Origin: Selaginella moellendorffii
Lineage: Eukaryota; Plantae; Lycopodiophyta
Length of the DNA stretch: 64,000 nucleotides
Assembly: GCF_000143415.4 (NCBI RefSeq)
Contig: NW_003314276.1
Span: 22,105-86,104, forward strand
Direction: 5' to 3'
The position numbers and the translations under genes are program-made. Under the pieces are notes generated by a model, which was not told the origin of the DNA, did not search any database, and saw nothing but the letters and a program-made list of their open reading frames with translations. Below are positions 35,401-48,288 of the stretch, one piece after another. Each line of letters starts with the position of its first letter. Position 1 is the stretch's first letter.

Positions 35401-38400
35401 CATTATCACATGGATATGATATAAAATCATAATGAGTTGATCATCAATTGAGCAACACCAGGAGTAATGCCCATGTCACTACTACAAGGTTTATGTAAGT
35501 ATCAAGTGCCAACTCAATTCAACAAAATGCAACACAAATGCCACACTTCACCAATAGAGATTTACAACACCCAACACCACTAACTTTTGATCATAACACA
35601 TACAAGCTCATGCCACTCTCTATCTGACCAAACTCAACACTAATCTAACACCAAGCTACTTAAGGAGCAATAGCAAGGTTCTCTAGAAAAGAATTGAGTA
35701 TTGCAACCCAAGTCTTCCAATAGCAAGCCTAGACAAAATGGTTTAGTGCTTCACCACTATCCATCCTATAACTCACCATTTATAAGACCATAATTTCCAA
35801 CATGCATCAAGGTAGGGACTCTTGATTGCATACTGTGAACACGAGCAATGAGTCACACCTCATTGCAAATCATCTCTCCAAGAAGAGAAAATGATTTACG
35901 TGTTTGATCCTTCGTCCCTGACGACTCTCTTTTCAGTTTCATCTTTTGACTAAACCTCAAACTTGTTTTTGCACTGCCTTCAGTCCAATCCAAGAAAATT
36001 TTATGAGAGAGCACGACAATAACTACTTGAATCAATAGATTAATCCCTACAGTCTTAGTTGATCCACTTATAATCAAGGAAGGATCCACTAGTGCCGTAC
36101 TAAACAACTATGGACCAGCCTATTTGCCACTCATAGCAAACCCAGGGAAGGTTTACTTTCATCTATGGTACAAGGAACAACTCATGGAACCACCAATAAG
36201 CTAACATTAATCCTGCCAACTCAAAGTGCAACCTTGAGTTGCTAATGTGCCTCACTCACGAGCCCAAACACAAACTCGTCCAAACTCGGAGTCTAAGTGT
36301 GACTTCGGGTATCGAAAGTTACCTATCGGCTAGTCCTTTTGGATATTCTTTCCTTACTACCACGACGGTAGGAGGTCGGTATTGCTGGACCCTTCTTGTT
36401 CAAGAGTTAGTAAACTGGACTTTGCATCTGTACTTGGCCGGATGAGCATAAGGACGGAATTCCTAAATGTCTATTTAGCTAAGCATACTTGGCTTGGCTT
36501 TTTAGTTCTCTTTTGCTCCGTCTTGCATTGGCTTGACAAGAACCCTTGCGTATTGAGATTGGTCCTTCAATATCGCTACATGATAGCTTACAGTGTCTGC
36601 CAAACACCCTCGCTATCATGCCCTTTGTGTTAGTCTCATAAATGCTATTTATGGAAAGTGTCTAGATTTGCTCATTTGGCATATCTATGGAATGTAGAGA
36701 TTGGCCTGAACACAATGGTGTTCGTCTGGTGTCCAAATTCGCATTTTAATGCCATTCCATATTTAGTAAGTTTCGAGCTTGTCCCAGAGATTAACTCTTG
36801 ATACTAAAAGAGGCTTGGGGTGAAAGCCCAAAGCGTGTGTTCCTCGGGGGGGGGGGGGGGGGGGGGGTTTGGGCTGGGGTTTTGGGGGGTTCCAAAAGTA
36901 TAATAAGGAAAATGGGTAGGTCGGGCATGGCCCACCAAACTGAGGGATGGGCTAACTCCCGCTTGCGTGCCTGTCTTTGTTCTGTGTTTGGCTTGGGTCT
37001 AAGCCCAAGCTCCACACCATACTAGTTGTGGAGTACCCATATCCTCACGTTAGGCCACCAGTATGCTGAAATAGTGCCAGACTCCATTTGGCTCTGTTTT
37101 GCGTGTTGGTTCTGGCATTGGGATGCTGGTTGCTCTAGGACTGTTCCAAAGACGCTCCGGGCTCCTGTCCCTTCACTCCATGGGCTGTATGCTTGGGAGT
37201 TGCTCCGTGGTTCGGTTTCGTCACTCCTTGGCTTCATGCTTGCGAGTTTGGCACCGTTCCTTTGTTCAGTGGCCCAAGGCCCTGAACCTCGAGTTTTACA
37301 CCACTGTCCTTTAGACACGTGGCATATGACATGTGGCATATGATACGTGGCATATAGAGGGTTTAGGTTTCGCTTCGTGGTGTTATGTTATAGTAAATCA
37401 CTATATTATAAAGGGTAAAAACCACGTGCGCTACAACCCTAGTTTAGTGTCGCGAATGTGATTTCAGATATCGAAAGTTACCTGTCGGCCAGTCCTTACG
37501 GACACTCTTTCCTTACTGCCATGATGGCAGGAGGTCGGTATTGCTAGACCCTTTATCAACCCCTCTTGTTCAAGTGTTAGTAAACTGAATTTTGCATCTG
37601 TACTTGGCCGGATGAGCATAAGGAAGGAATTCCTAAGTGTCTATTTAGCCAAGCATATTTGGCCTGGCTTTTTTGTTCTCTTTTGCTCTGTCTTGCACTA
37701 TCTTAACAAGAACCCTTGCGTATTGAGATTAGTCCCTCAATTAGTCCCGGCAAATCATTTTATACCAACAATAATCAAGAAAAATCTTTGACAAGGATAA
37801 TCAACTATCCTAAATGATAATCAATCATTACTAATGATTGCTAGATGCAAAAGACAACTTTAATATCGAAGCTAGGAGCAAAAATGCCTTCCCCAACATC
37901 TTCTAACAAATGGAACAATGAGCATAAAACTCAAGGAACCAAAAGCTTGAAGAAGCCTATAGCCAAGTCTTGCCTAATAATGATCACGAGTCTCATAGAA
38001 GCTAACGTCAATGCTAAACAAGAAATCATGGTACAACCCACAATATCTTCCTCAACACATCCATAAGCCAAACTTCATAATGCCAAAGCTAATGAAAAAC
38101 ATGTCTATATTAATCCAAAAGCGAAGCACAATGAAGCTATGCTCAACAAGTGATCCCTAAATGATCCTTTATGAATCCATCTATAGCAAGATATAACTCA
38201 CATCATAATAAGCACAAGAGGAATATTTAATGATCAATATATTCCAACTCAAATCCAATAAGGATTCAAACATTCTAACATCGATCACTAATTCTTCTGC
38301 TCATAAAGTTAACATGGTCCATGACCAAATCATTTTTCAAGGAAAAACTCAAAGCTTAACCTTTACTAAACAATCTCGTCTAGAACATAACTAACTCATC

Positions 38401-39345
38401 TTGCTACTTAGCTCGTTAGAACGACAATACAATTGCTAACTAGCAAATGTATGAATGCCAACAACACAAAGCTACAACCAAATCATCAACATTATCTCTA
38501 TCGAAACTAATGAAACTCAATATTAATCTTTCGGAGAAACATCTTATTTCACTCAAATCTCAACATCAACAATGTCAATGACAAGGCATCACTTCAATGC
38601 CATAAACACCAAAACAAAGCTAGAAGAAAGCATGAGTGAATCACCACTCAAAACTCTCTTGCAACCAAGCTAACCAAAGTCAAAGATACCTTAATCAGTA
38701 TCCGAGACCAATCCTTTAGCAAAACTCAGTTACAGATAACACATCATCAAGGAGTGATTCATCACGTCCAAGACTCAATGAAATCCAACACTACGGACTA
38801 AATGTAACTAAATGATATCGACAAAGGTAGAATCGATATACCATCATGGAAAACCCATGTAAGTCTAATGACACGATCCTTCGCAACACCATCTGGTAAA
38901 GCAAGCCCATCACTACTAAATCATCATCGAGCAAAGCAAGTGTCAACAGTCCTCGACTAAGTCTACAAGTAATCACTAGTCGCAAAGCAACTAACAATCA
39001 CTCCTCAACTTGCATTCTCATGACCCAAACACCAACTCTTGTCATCAAGTTATATACTTGTCCAACATGAATGTGATACCCCAGATACGAGATAAAAGTT
39101 CATAAACAAGCACAAACTAAATAACTACTCAAATCCAACTCAACCGCAATAAACTCACTAAAACATTTAGCCAACAGCTCTGAGTATGCCTTGAAGAGGC
39201 TAGCTATGCATGATCAACACTCAGTCAAAACTAAAGTGAAGACCATGAGATGGACTCATATTGGGACACAACCTCCTCATAGACAAAGCTATAGTATGGG
39301 TATCAACATCTTAACCTCAAACAACTAAGGTAGACATCACCATCC
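32485..39345. mobile_element. Mosaic of family D LTR pieces (32485-32830, 36297-37435, 37448-37740; plus strand) and internal regions (minus strand)
   Basis: LTR start TGTCGC(G/A)AATGTGA and end GTGCGCTACA; internal blocks recur at 44634-46280, 54733-57480, 58560-59470 and 61970-64000. Confidence 0.85.
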
Positions 39346-39577
39346 TGTGAGACACAAAATCCCTAGGCCCCAAAGTGGAGTTGGAAAGGGTGCCACGTGG
39401 TAGTGGCCGAAACGAAAGCCAAACGAGCGTAACACATTTGGACTAAAAGCTTTGACTTGGAAGGTCGAGAGCGGGAGTGGAACTCCTAACAAAGTGCTCG
39501 AGGAACAAGCACGAAGCGAGCAATAAGTGAGACTCCAAAAAGGGACCCAAAAGGACCAACACATGACACGTGGAAGT

Positions 39578-40146
39578 GTCCGAGATGGAGTCCGAGATGG
39601 AGTCCGAGGTGGAGTCCAAGGTGGAGTCCGAGATGGAGTTTTAGATGGACCCGAGTTGGAGTCCGAGATGGAGTCCGAGGTGGAGTCCGAGGTGGAGTTC
39701 GAGATAGAGTCCGAGATGGAGTCCGAGGTGGAGTCCGAGGTGGAGTCCGAGGTGGAGTCCGAGATGGAGTCCAAGATGGAGTCCGAAGTGGAGTCCGAGA
39801 TGGAGTCCGAAGTGGAGTCCAAGATGGAGTCCAAAGTGGAGTCTGAGATGGACCGAGACGGAGTCCGAGATGGAGTCCGAGATGGAGTCCGAGACGGATT
39901 CCGAGATGGAGTTCGAGATGGACCGAGATGGAGTCCGAGATGGACCTGAGATGGAGTCCGAGGTCGAGACCAAGACCGGGACCGAGACCGGGACCACGAC
40001 CGGGACCGAGACCGAGACCGAGACCGGGACCGGGACCGAGACTGAGACCGAGGCGGAGGCCGAGACCGAGCCCGAGCCCGAGTCGGAGTCGGAGTCCGAG
40101 TCCGAGTCTGAGTCCGAGTCCGAGTCCGAGTCCGAGTCCGAGTCTA
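39578..40146. repeat. Hexamer-based minisatellite (GAGTCC/GAGATG/GAGACC) within the family C LTR
   Basis: Seen directly; also at 50638-51195 and 51700-52035. Confidence 0.95.
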
Positions 40147-43100
40147 AGAGGGTGAAAGCCCAAAGCGTTTGTCTCCCAGACCCTGGGGGGTTGGGTGAGC
40201 TCCAAAAGTATAGTAAGGGGGAGGACTACAGTGGAGCCAGTTTGGCCAGGAAAGGCCAGTTTGGCCCAGGAAGGCCAGACCCAGTGTTGGGTGATGAACT
40301 GACCATTGGGAAGTCCAAGACTAGAGTGAATACGGACCGACAAGCGGGGTAGCTTGGTGAAGTGTTCAAGAGCCACCTCTAGTTCCCCCGGGAGATCGAC
40401 TGGCCGATGCTCCCAGTCCAAGTGTGGGTGGCACTACCTACTTGGATACTAGGCGTGGCTCAACGGAACCTTGCTCTAAGCCCATGGCTAAAGCACACAA
40501 AGGCGGAAGGCGGGGAGAGTACTCAGGTGGCTCGCGTAAGGCCACGGTGTTCCGAAGTGTTGTCCCCAAGTCCCAGACTGTGGAAAGGAAAAGGAGCAGT
40601 CCTTTGGTGTGGTGGCCAAGGATACGGTCATGTGGTGAGGAAGTCCCAGAGGACCATGGGACTTAGTGGTCAGGCCTGTGGGCCCCAATCCAGTGGCAGT
40701 GTTGGCAAATACGGCCAAGGGCAAAAAGGGATTTAGTGGGGACTGACAGAGGGATATTGGGGAAGGCTATTCCCCTTGTCAGTGGGCATCCTAAGGATGC
40801 TAAGGAGTGGATCTGGGAGGACCACTCACGGATGGTTGGCCCAGTCTTGGAGAGATGGGATTGTGATGCAAGTGGTATTGGACCACTAGTGCAGCAAAGG
40901 TGAATGGGCATGGCCTTAGCGTAACGGGCTGATATGTTAGTGGTACCTTTGGGTGCGATGTGGTGGATAGAAAAGGGGCCAGTAAGGGAACGACTTTGGG
41001 ATTTTAGGAACAGTATAAGGGTTTCCTCAGAGAGTTGAGAATGTGATCCAGATGAGCATTTGACTTAGCAAACTGGCTGATGTAGTTGTGGTAAACAACT
41101 ACAGTTGGGATCATGGGAAAGATGCAGACTCCAAAATAATAAAGGAGTCACAAGATAATCCGCATATAGTTGAGGCTGGTGCTCATGAATTTGAGACCAG
41201 AATTGATGACCATGAGAGGTCAAGTACAGATGAGGGCAAGAGCCCTCGAAATGGTAGCTGGGGCTACTTTTTATAATGCTGGAACGAACCCAAGGAGTTG
41301 GGGGTGTGCTCAAAGAATGAGTCAGCATTCTCATCATGGGGACGGATAGTCCTAAGGGGCAAAAGGCAGCCCACAGAGAACGGGAAATAATGAAGTGTTG
41401 GAGTAACACTTGCAAGATGGTCCTTATAAGTAGGACATGAATACATGAAGTTGTATTTGAGTGAGCTGGCACCTCAAAAATAAGACCTTATGGGTCATTG
41501 GTTTAGCAAAGTCCAAAAATGCTGGATGACTCAAGTGGGGTCAAGGAATGGTCCTAAGGGATTGGTTGAAGCATTTAGACTGAGGTGTATGCTACCCCAT
41601 GAGGTATGGGGAGGATCATAAGATCCAAGTATGAGAACAGGAGATATCTCATTGATGGTAGAATGTGCCATACTAAAGTTGTGGGAAAGATGTTCCTAGA
41701 AGAAAGCAACTTTGGCCCAGAGTTGGGGACAAATATTATGGTGCGGTGCTAACGGATAGTTAGCATGAGGCATAACTATATTGGTCTTGGCAAAGATGTA
41801 GACACTAATAAGTAGTGTCATAAGGATAGGCTCGTGGGGCCGATGGTGTGGAGACACCAAATGTGCCAAGGTGTGATACCTTGAGGTTATGATGGTGGGT
41901 TCATAAGAACCCCTTGCCAAGGGAATCCCAACGGAAGCGGGAAAGGCATGGCCTAAGCTGGAAGGCATGCGGTTGGAGTGTGGTGACCCAGATAATGATG
42001 GTGTTGTGGAAGCACCAAGCAATGAGTTGTAGGACTTGACAGCTATGGGGCAACTAAGCAAGAGGTGCAAGATAATTGGTTAAATGGGTAAAAGGTAGCT
42101 ACCCAAGACTTCTTAATGGTATAAGGAAGTTAGATATACCCTTACGGGGGATAAATTGTTTATGTTGCGATATAGTAAGTCAATGTCGTAAACGGGAATG
42201 CTCATTGTCCGGAGGCCATCATTGGGACACCCAAACACTCTAGAACACTAGGAGGTGGTGTTTCGTGTCGCAAGGGCAACAGATAAGGCCCAAGGGACTA
42301 AGTCCCTAACGAATGATGGATAGAAGGTGCTATCCAAATGTCCAATGTTGTTGAGACAAAAGAAGACTGTCTACCCGAATTGGACAAAGCCAAAAATGGA
42401 ATTTTGGCAAGGCTAGTGATGGGCATGTAAAAGCCCATAAGCAGCAACGTTAACCCCGGTATGTGGGATTATAAGGTGAGCATGCCCAAGATTGAGGAAC
42501 CACTCCCTAGGCTATTGGGTAGGTTCATCCCTAAGCATACTTGCTAAGGCATAGTAAAATGTGCAAAGCTATCCTCCTAGTTTGGAGGAGAATAACCAAA
42601 GGAAACATATGGGGCCAAAAGGCAAGTAATATTGGGATGCAACTAAACTATAGAAATTGAAGGGCATATCTAATGGTGGTTATGCAAGTTGGGAGTGGAG
42701 AATCAAGAGGGTGCTTGAGGATGTTGTTGCTAGCAACTGTGAGGCCATGGAGAGTCTAAAATATGGAATTGTCTGTGTTAGACTATGTGGCAACTATAAA
42801 GCTTGCGAAAAGGAAGGCCTTAGCAAGCTAAGGGACAAAGTTCCTTCAAGGTTCCCAAAGATGATTCTAGGTAGCTTAGTACCTAGAAAGGCCAAAGGTA
42901 AATGGTTCATGGAACGCACGAAATCAGAGTGGCGCAGCAGAAGTGTGGTCTTGAATCTTGCCATGAGGCAAGGCTATCAAGGTTAGGGAAGTAGTTCCCG
43001 AGTGTTCAAAGAGAGGGCTTTGAATGAAAGTCCATGGTCAAGGACTTTCACACTTATGCAGGAACCATGTTACAGTGGTCGGAGGACTTGCCAAACGAGA

Positions 43101-43299
43101 TTGGCAAGTCAAGGGAACGAATACCCTAGTTGAAGGTGATTACTTCAAAAAGGGTGGGCCATGGGGCCAAGCATGGAGGAGTCCATGCATGATCACAGAC
43201 TTGTCAAGTGAGAGGATTTGGCAGTGTGGAGGAACTAGGTTCCTAAGCTGTGATCTGTAGCGTGCTTTAAGTATAAGTTGGTGCACCGGTGTGATGAGT

Positions 43300-43513
43300 C
43301 ACGCCAGGCATCCTGGGTGATGCCGTCCGTAGATGCATATACGGAGGTTGGGTTCGAGTCCCAACCCTCTAGTGCTTGGGTTCGAGTCCCAAATCACTAG
43401 GGCGTGCTGATGGTTTGGAATATGAGGACACTCATATTTCGGTGGTCATGGACTCTCAATGAGGAGATTGGCTTGGGCACACTGCCAAGCAGGGGATGCC
43501 CCGGAGTCGTGAT
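43300..43513 (+). ncRNA. Second copy of the structured 3'-UTR RNA motif (family C element)
   Basis: Same hairpin order and loops as 30991-31224, with different stem sequences. Confidence 0.7.
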
Positions 43514-44519
43514 GCACGGTTAGATTGCTTAGAGTGAAAACTCGGCATATCTAACTTGAACACTTTGGTGCAAAGGGCACCGAGGACGTGGTGAATGAGA
43601 TGGGGACACCCAAGTCTCAATTGCTATGGATCCTTGACTAGAGTGAATACGGACCGACAAGCGGGGTAGCTTGGTGAAGTGTTCAAGAGCCGCCTCTAGT
43701 TCCCCTGGGAGATCGACTGGCCGATGCTCCCAGTCCAAGTGTGGGTGGCACTACCTGCTTGGATACCAGGCGTGGCTCAATGGAACCTCGCTCTAAGCCC
43801 ATGGCTAGAGCACCCAAAGGCGGAAGGTGGGGAGAGTACCTAGGTGGCTCGCGTAAGGCCACGGTGTTCCGAAGTGTTGTCCCGAAGTCCCAGACTGTGG
43901 AAAGTTAAAGGAGTAGTCCTTTGGTTTTGTGGCCAAGGATACGGTCATGTGGTGAGGAAGTCCTAGAGGACCATGGGACTTAGTGGTCAGGCCTGTGGGC
44001 CCCAATCCAGTGGCAGTGTTGGCAAATACGGCCAAGGGCAAAAAGGGACTTAGTGGGGACTGACAGAGGGATATTGAGGAAGGCTGTTCCCCTTGTTGGT
44101 GGGCATCCTAAGGATGCTAAGGAGTGGATCTGGGATGACCACTCACGGATGGTTGGCCCAGTCTTGGAGAGATGGGATTGTGATGGAAGTGGTATTAGAC
44201 CACTAGTGCGGCAAAGGTGAATGGGCATGGCCTTAGCGTAACGGGCTGATATGTTAGTGGTACCTTTGGGTGTCGGTCTTGGGACCGGACACGTGGAGCA
44301 CTTGGACTAAGTGCAAGGGATGAATGGCATAGATGCCATCCTCGGGGCTAGCAAGTCCCAAGTCCTGAATTGGACTTAAGGAGGTTGTGAATAAGACTCC
44401 TCCAAGTGGTCAAAGGTGTGGTTAAGTGACTAAAGTAGAATGGAAAAATTAGTCGCTTACACATCCTTAGCCAAGGCGGAAGGCCACCAAGACCAAGTCA
44501 GGATCAGTGGAAGCTCACT

Positions 44520-46585
44520 ACTTTGGACACGTGGCATGTGACATGTGGCACATGGAGGGTTTCGGTTCCACTTTGTGGTGTTATCCTATGGTAAATCACT
44601 TTAGGATAAAGGGTAAAAACCACGTGTGCTACATTTGGTATAAGGGGATGAGTCTCGGCAAGTACTATCCAATGAGATTGGGAAACGAGTCTCGTTGCAT
44701 ACGCAGAGATGAAAATGATGATCCTAGTGGGTATACGTTTTGGTGCAAAGGCTTTGCAATGGTTCCTTGGGTATGGATTTTGGTTACCTTTTTGTACCAT
44801 AATAATATGAGCTTGCTCTTGGGCTCAAAAGATGGATTAAGATGTTCCATTTGACATGAGTTTGCCCTTGGGCTCGTGAGTGAGGCACATTAGCAACTCA
44901 AGTGAGTTGGCAGGATTAATGTTAGCCTACTGTTGGTTCCATGAGTTGTTCCTTGTACCATGGGTGAAAGTAAATCTACCTTGGGTTTGCTATGAATGGC
45001 AAATAGGCTGGTCCATAGCTGTTTAGCACGGCACTAGTGGATCTTTCCTAGGCATGATTATAAGTGGATCGATCAAGACTATAAGGATTAACCAAGACTG
45101 TAGGGATTAGTCTATTGATTCAAGTAGTCATTGCCATGCTCTCTCATAAAACTTTTCTTGAATTGGACTGAAGGCAGTGCGAAAGTAAACTTGAGGTTTA
45201 GTCAAAGATGAGACCGAAAAGAGAGTTATCGGGGACGAAGGATCCAACATGTAAATCATCTTCTTCTCTTGGAGAGATGATTTGCAACGAGGGTGACTCA
45301 TTGCTTGTGTTCACATTATGCAATCAAGAGTCCCTATCGTGATGCATATCGGAAATGATGGTCTTACAAATAGTGAGTTATAGGATGGATAGCAGTGAAG
45401 TGCTAAACCATTTTGTCTAGGCTTGCTATTGGAAGACTTGGGTTGCAATGCTCAATTCTTTTCCAGGAAACCTTGCTATTTCTCCTTGAGTAGCTTGGTG
45501 TTGGATTAGTGTTGAGTTTGGTCGGAAAGAGAGTGGCATGAGCTTATCCATGTTGTGAACAAAAGTTAGTGGCGTTGGGTGTTATAAGTCTCTATTGGTA
45601 GAGTGTGGCATTTATGTTGCATTTAATCCAATTGAGTTAGCACTTGATAGTCACATAAACCTTTGTAATAGTGACATGGGTATTATTCGTGGTGTTGTTA
45701 AATTGATGATTAAGTTATTGTGATTTCTATTTCATATCCATGTGATAGTGAGCAACGTGTTTACAAAGTTGCTTGGTTAAACGATGATCAACCCCAAAGT
45801 GGTTGATGGTGAAGTTAATCTACTTGAATGAAGTAGCATTGTAGTAGCTGTGATTGAATTCTCGATGGTGGTCCATTATGCTAGGCTTATGTCGGTACCT
45901 TGTTCCTTGAGAGTTGGCCCATAAGGTGTTGGAAAAAGGTTGTTGCATTCATTTGCTATAATTCATCAGTTGATCCGTTAGCACTTGGAGTAGATTGTTG
46001 GATGGAGAAGGTGTGTAGTTGGGGCATTGACCATCACTAACACTTGTGTAAGTAAAAGTGGCATTGTTATTTCGAGTGATGAGGAATTTTCCATGTCATT
46101 TTTCTTGTTAATATTTTGGCTTCACATTGGATCTTCAAGATGGTTGAAGAAAAATGTTAGTGCAATATGGATATCCGAAGACGTGGTCTTTGTGATCAAG
46201 CCTTCGATATTCATTTTGCACTTTGCAGATGTCAGTGTTGGATATCAGTTAGATGGGCAAAGATGTTTGATTCTTAAGGATGTTGCTGAAAGCAATTCTG
46301 GTTCCTTCGTATTATTGACCAAGATCTATTTAGATTGGTTGGCGCGATGGTTGGCATGAATACTATGTTTGTTGGTCTTGCAACACTCATTTTGTTCTAT
46401 TGATCATTGCTTGAGTTAGTTTTGATAGAGTGGGATGTTATTTCCTTTAGGTGATACATTTGCGAGCATTTTGTTTGCCAGTCAATGATACTTTGTGTTC
46501 TTTGAGTTATCTTTAATAAGTTGTTTGGTATACTGTCTACCATCTTTGGTAGTTAAGCTTTATCATTGAGTTTCCTTGATGATAC
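44520..46585 (+). mobile_element. Family D LTR end, PBS and internal region
   Basis: GTGTGCTACA ends at 44633 and is followed by TTTGGTAT; the internal sequence is homologous to 61970-63440. Confidence 0.85.
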
Positions 46586-48248
46586 ACTCCCGCTTGCGTG
46601 CCTGTCTTTGTTCTGCGTCCGGCTTGGGTCTAAGCCCAAGCTCCAGACCATACTAGTTGGTGGAGTACTCATATCCTCACGTTAGGCCACTGGTATGCCA
46701 AAATTGTGCCAAACTCCGTCTAACACCATTTTGTGTGCAGGTGCTGGATATGGGGAGCTGGTGCTCATGGGATTGTACCGGACCCTTGTTTCGTAGCGCA
46801 ATGGGCTTGGAGTTCGGCTCCAAATTTAGGTGCGCTACATTTGGTATTAGAGGATTGTCTTAGTGATTCCTATCCAACTTTTGTCGGATTTTTTGACTCA
46901 AGTTGCATACACAGAGACTTTTCTAGTAGATCCAAAGTGACCTATGTAGGATTAGTTGGATTGCACCATTTGATAAGAATGTTGTAAGCATGTTTAGTTA
47001 TTGATAAAGACAAGCGTGCAGCTAGTGGGATGGTGAATAGGAACCGTGTTGATGATGCTGAAACCTCTAGATAGGCAAATCAAGAGGAGGAAACTCTTGT
47101 TAGAGATGCTGCGGAAGAGGCTGAGGCCAAGTTAGAAGAGGATGAGCCAGATGTTGCGGCATTGCAGCTTACGGCTCAGGAAGTGGAGATCAAGAATTTG
47201 CGAAGGGAGATTCGCAAATTGAAGAAGGAGAACAAGAAGAGGAAGAAAAAAACTGAGGTAGCTAAACCAACTAAGCCTAAGCAACTGGACTCCTCCTCAA
47301 GTTCTGAGGACGATGAACTTCTGCAGCCACCCTCAGTTGCACGAGTTTCAAAGTTCAAGCCTCTGAAACCACCCTATTTCAGAGGCATGCGGAACTATCA
47401 GGTTTTGGAAGACTAGGTCAATGATATGGAAAATTATTTCATAGTGGCAGACGTAGATGATCGTATGAAAGTTGCATGTGCACAATCCTTTCTCACCGAT
47501 CATGCCAAAACTTGGTGGCGCCAGGTGTGTGTTAAAAAAGGGCAGACTAGAAGTTGGACCAAGATCGGTCTCGTATCCGTAAAGAATATTTGCCGGATGA
47601 TCTTGGTCTGAGACTTCGCACAGAGCTGCGATGGTTAAAGCAATGAGGGGACCTTATGGATTACGTTAATGCGTTTGCTCAGAAGCGCATTATGATTGCA
47701 AATATGAGTGACGAAGATGCTCGAAGTTATTTTCTAGAGGGTTCAAGTTCATTTTCTCGCAATGAGATTTTGAAGTTTAAGCCAAAGACATACCTGGAGT
47801 GTAAGGAGGCAGTGCGCAAGTTGCCTTTAGTCACTTGCTCATGGAACAATATTAGCAACCTTATGCTGGTAACTCGAATAAGAATAGAAATTCTGGGAAT
47901 AAGCAAGGTGATCGGAAACAAAGGGTGGAACGTAGGTACCGCCCTAGGGGCTCACAAGCTATGGTTAATAAAGGTGGTGGTGGTTGGAGACCACCAGCAG
48001 CTTCTTCTGGTCCTATGCCCTCTATTCCTCCTCCTGGTGGGTACAAGCAGCAGCAACTTGCAAAACCTGCTCCTAGTGAAACGGGTAGTGTGGGTCATTG
48101 CTTCCATTGTGGAGAGTCAGGACATAGGTCCTCGGAATGTCCCAACAAGCATAAGACAAGGTTTCGTGTTAATGTCATGAGGGAAGACAGTGGTGGTGAA
48201 GCCGAAGGGGTTGACAAGTTGGTCAATGCAGACTATGAGGAAGAAGAG

Positions 48249-48288
48249 GTGAGTAACTTTCATTGCTTTGCTCAAGCTTTTCTTGCAG
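48249..48288 (+). other. Candidate 40-nt intron between Gag and protease (GypsyB)
   Basis: GAG|GTGAGT donor and TTTTCTTGCAG acceptor; removal gives SMQTLIR*. Confidence 0.65.

Larger units (their letters stand above)
39346..44461 (+). mobile_element. Family C non-autonomous LTR element with decayed gag-pol and partly deleted LTRs
   Basis: TGTGAGAC...CGCTTACA ends with a perfect CATCC TSD (39341-39345 / 44462-44466); the empty site is seen at ~34340. The LTR segment 40320-40955 repeats at 43636-44272. There is no long internal ORF. Confidence 0.9.

Noticed and set aside
39578-40146. Possible CRISPR-like array
   Set aside because: There are no unique spacers; it is a 6-bp-period minisatellite in eukaryotic LTRs.
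39337-40421. Long ORFs up to 311 aa (ESEVESEM, RDGVRD, LGLHLG); likewise 24945-25259, 31342-32100 and 50424-52151
   Set aside because: Artefacts of stop-free hexamer arrays inside LTRs; they are open in several frames on both strands.
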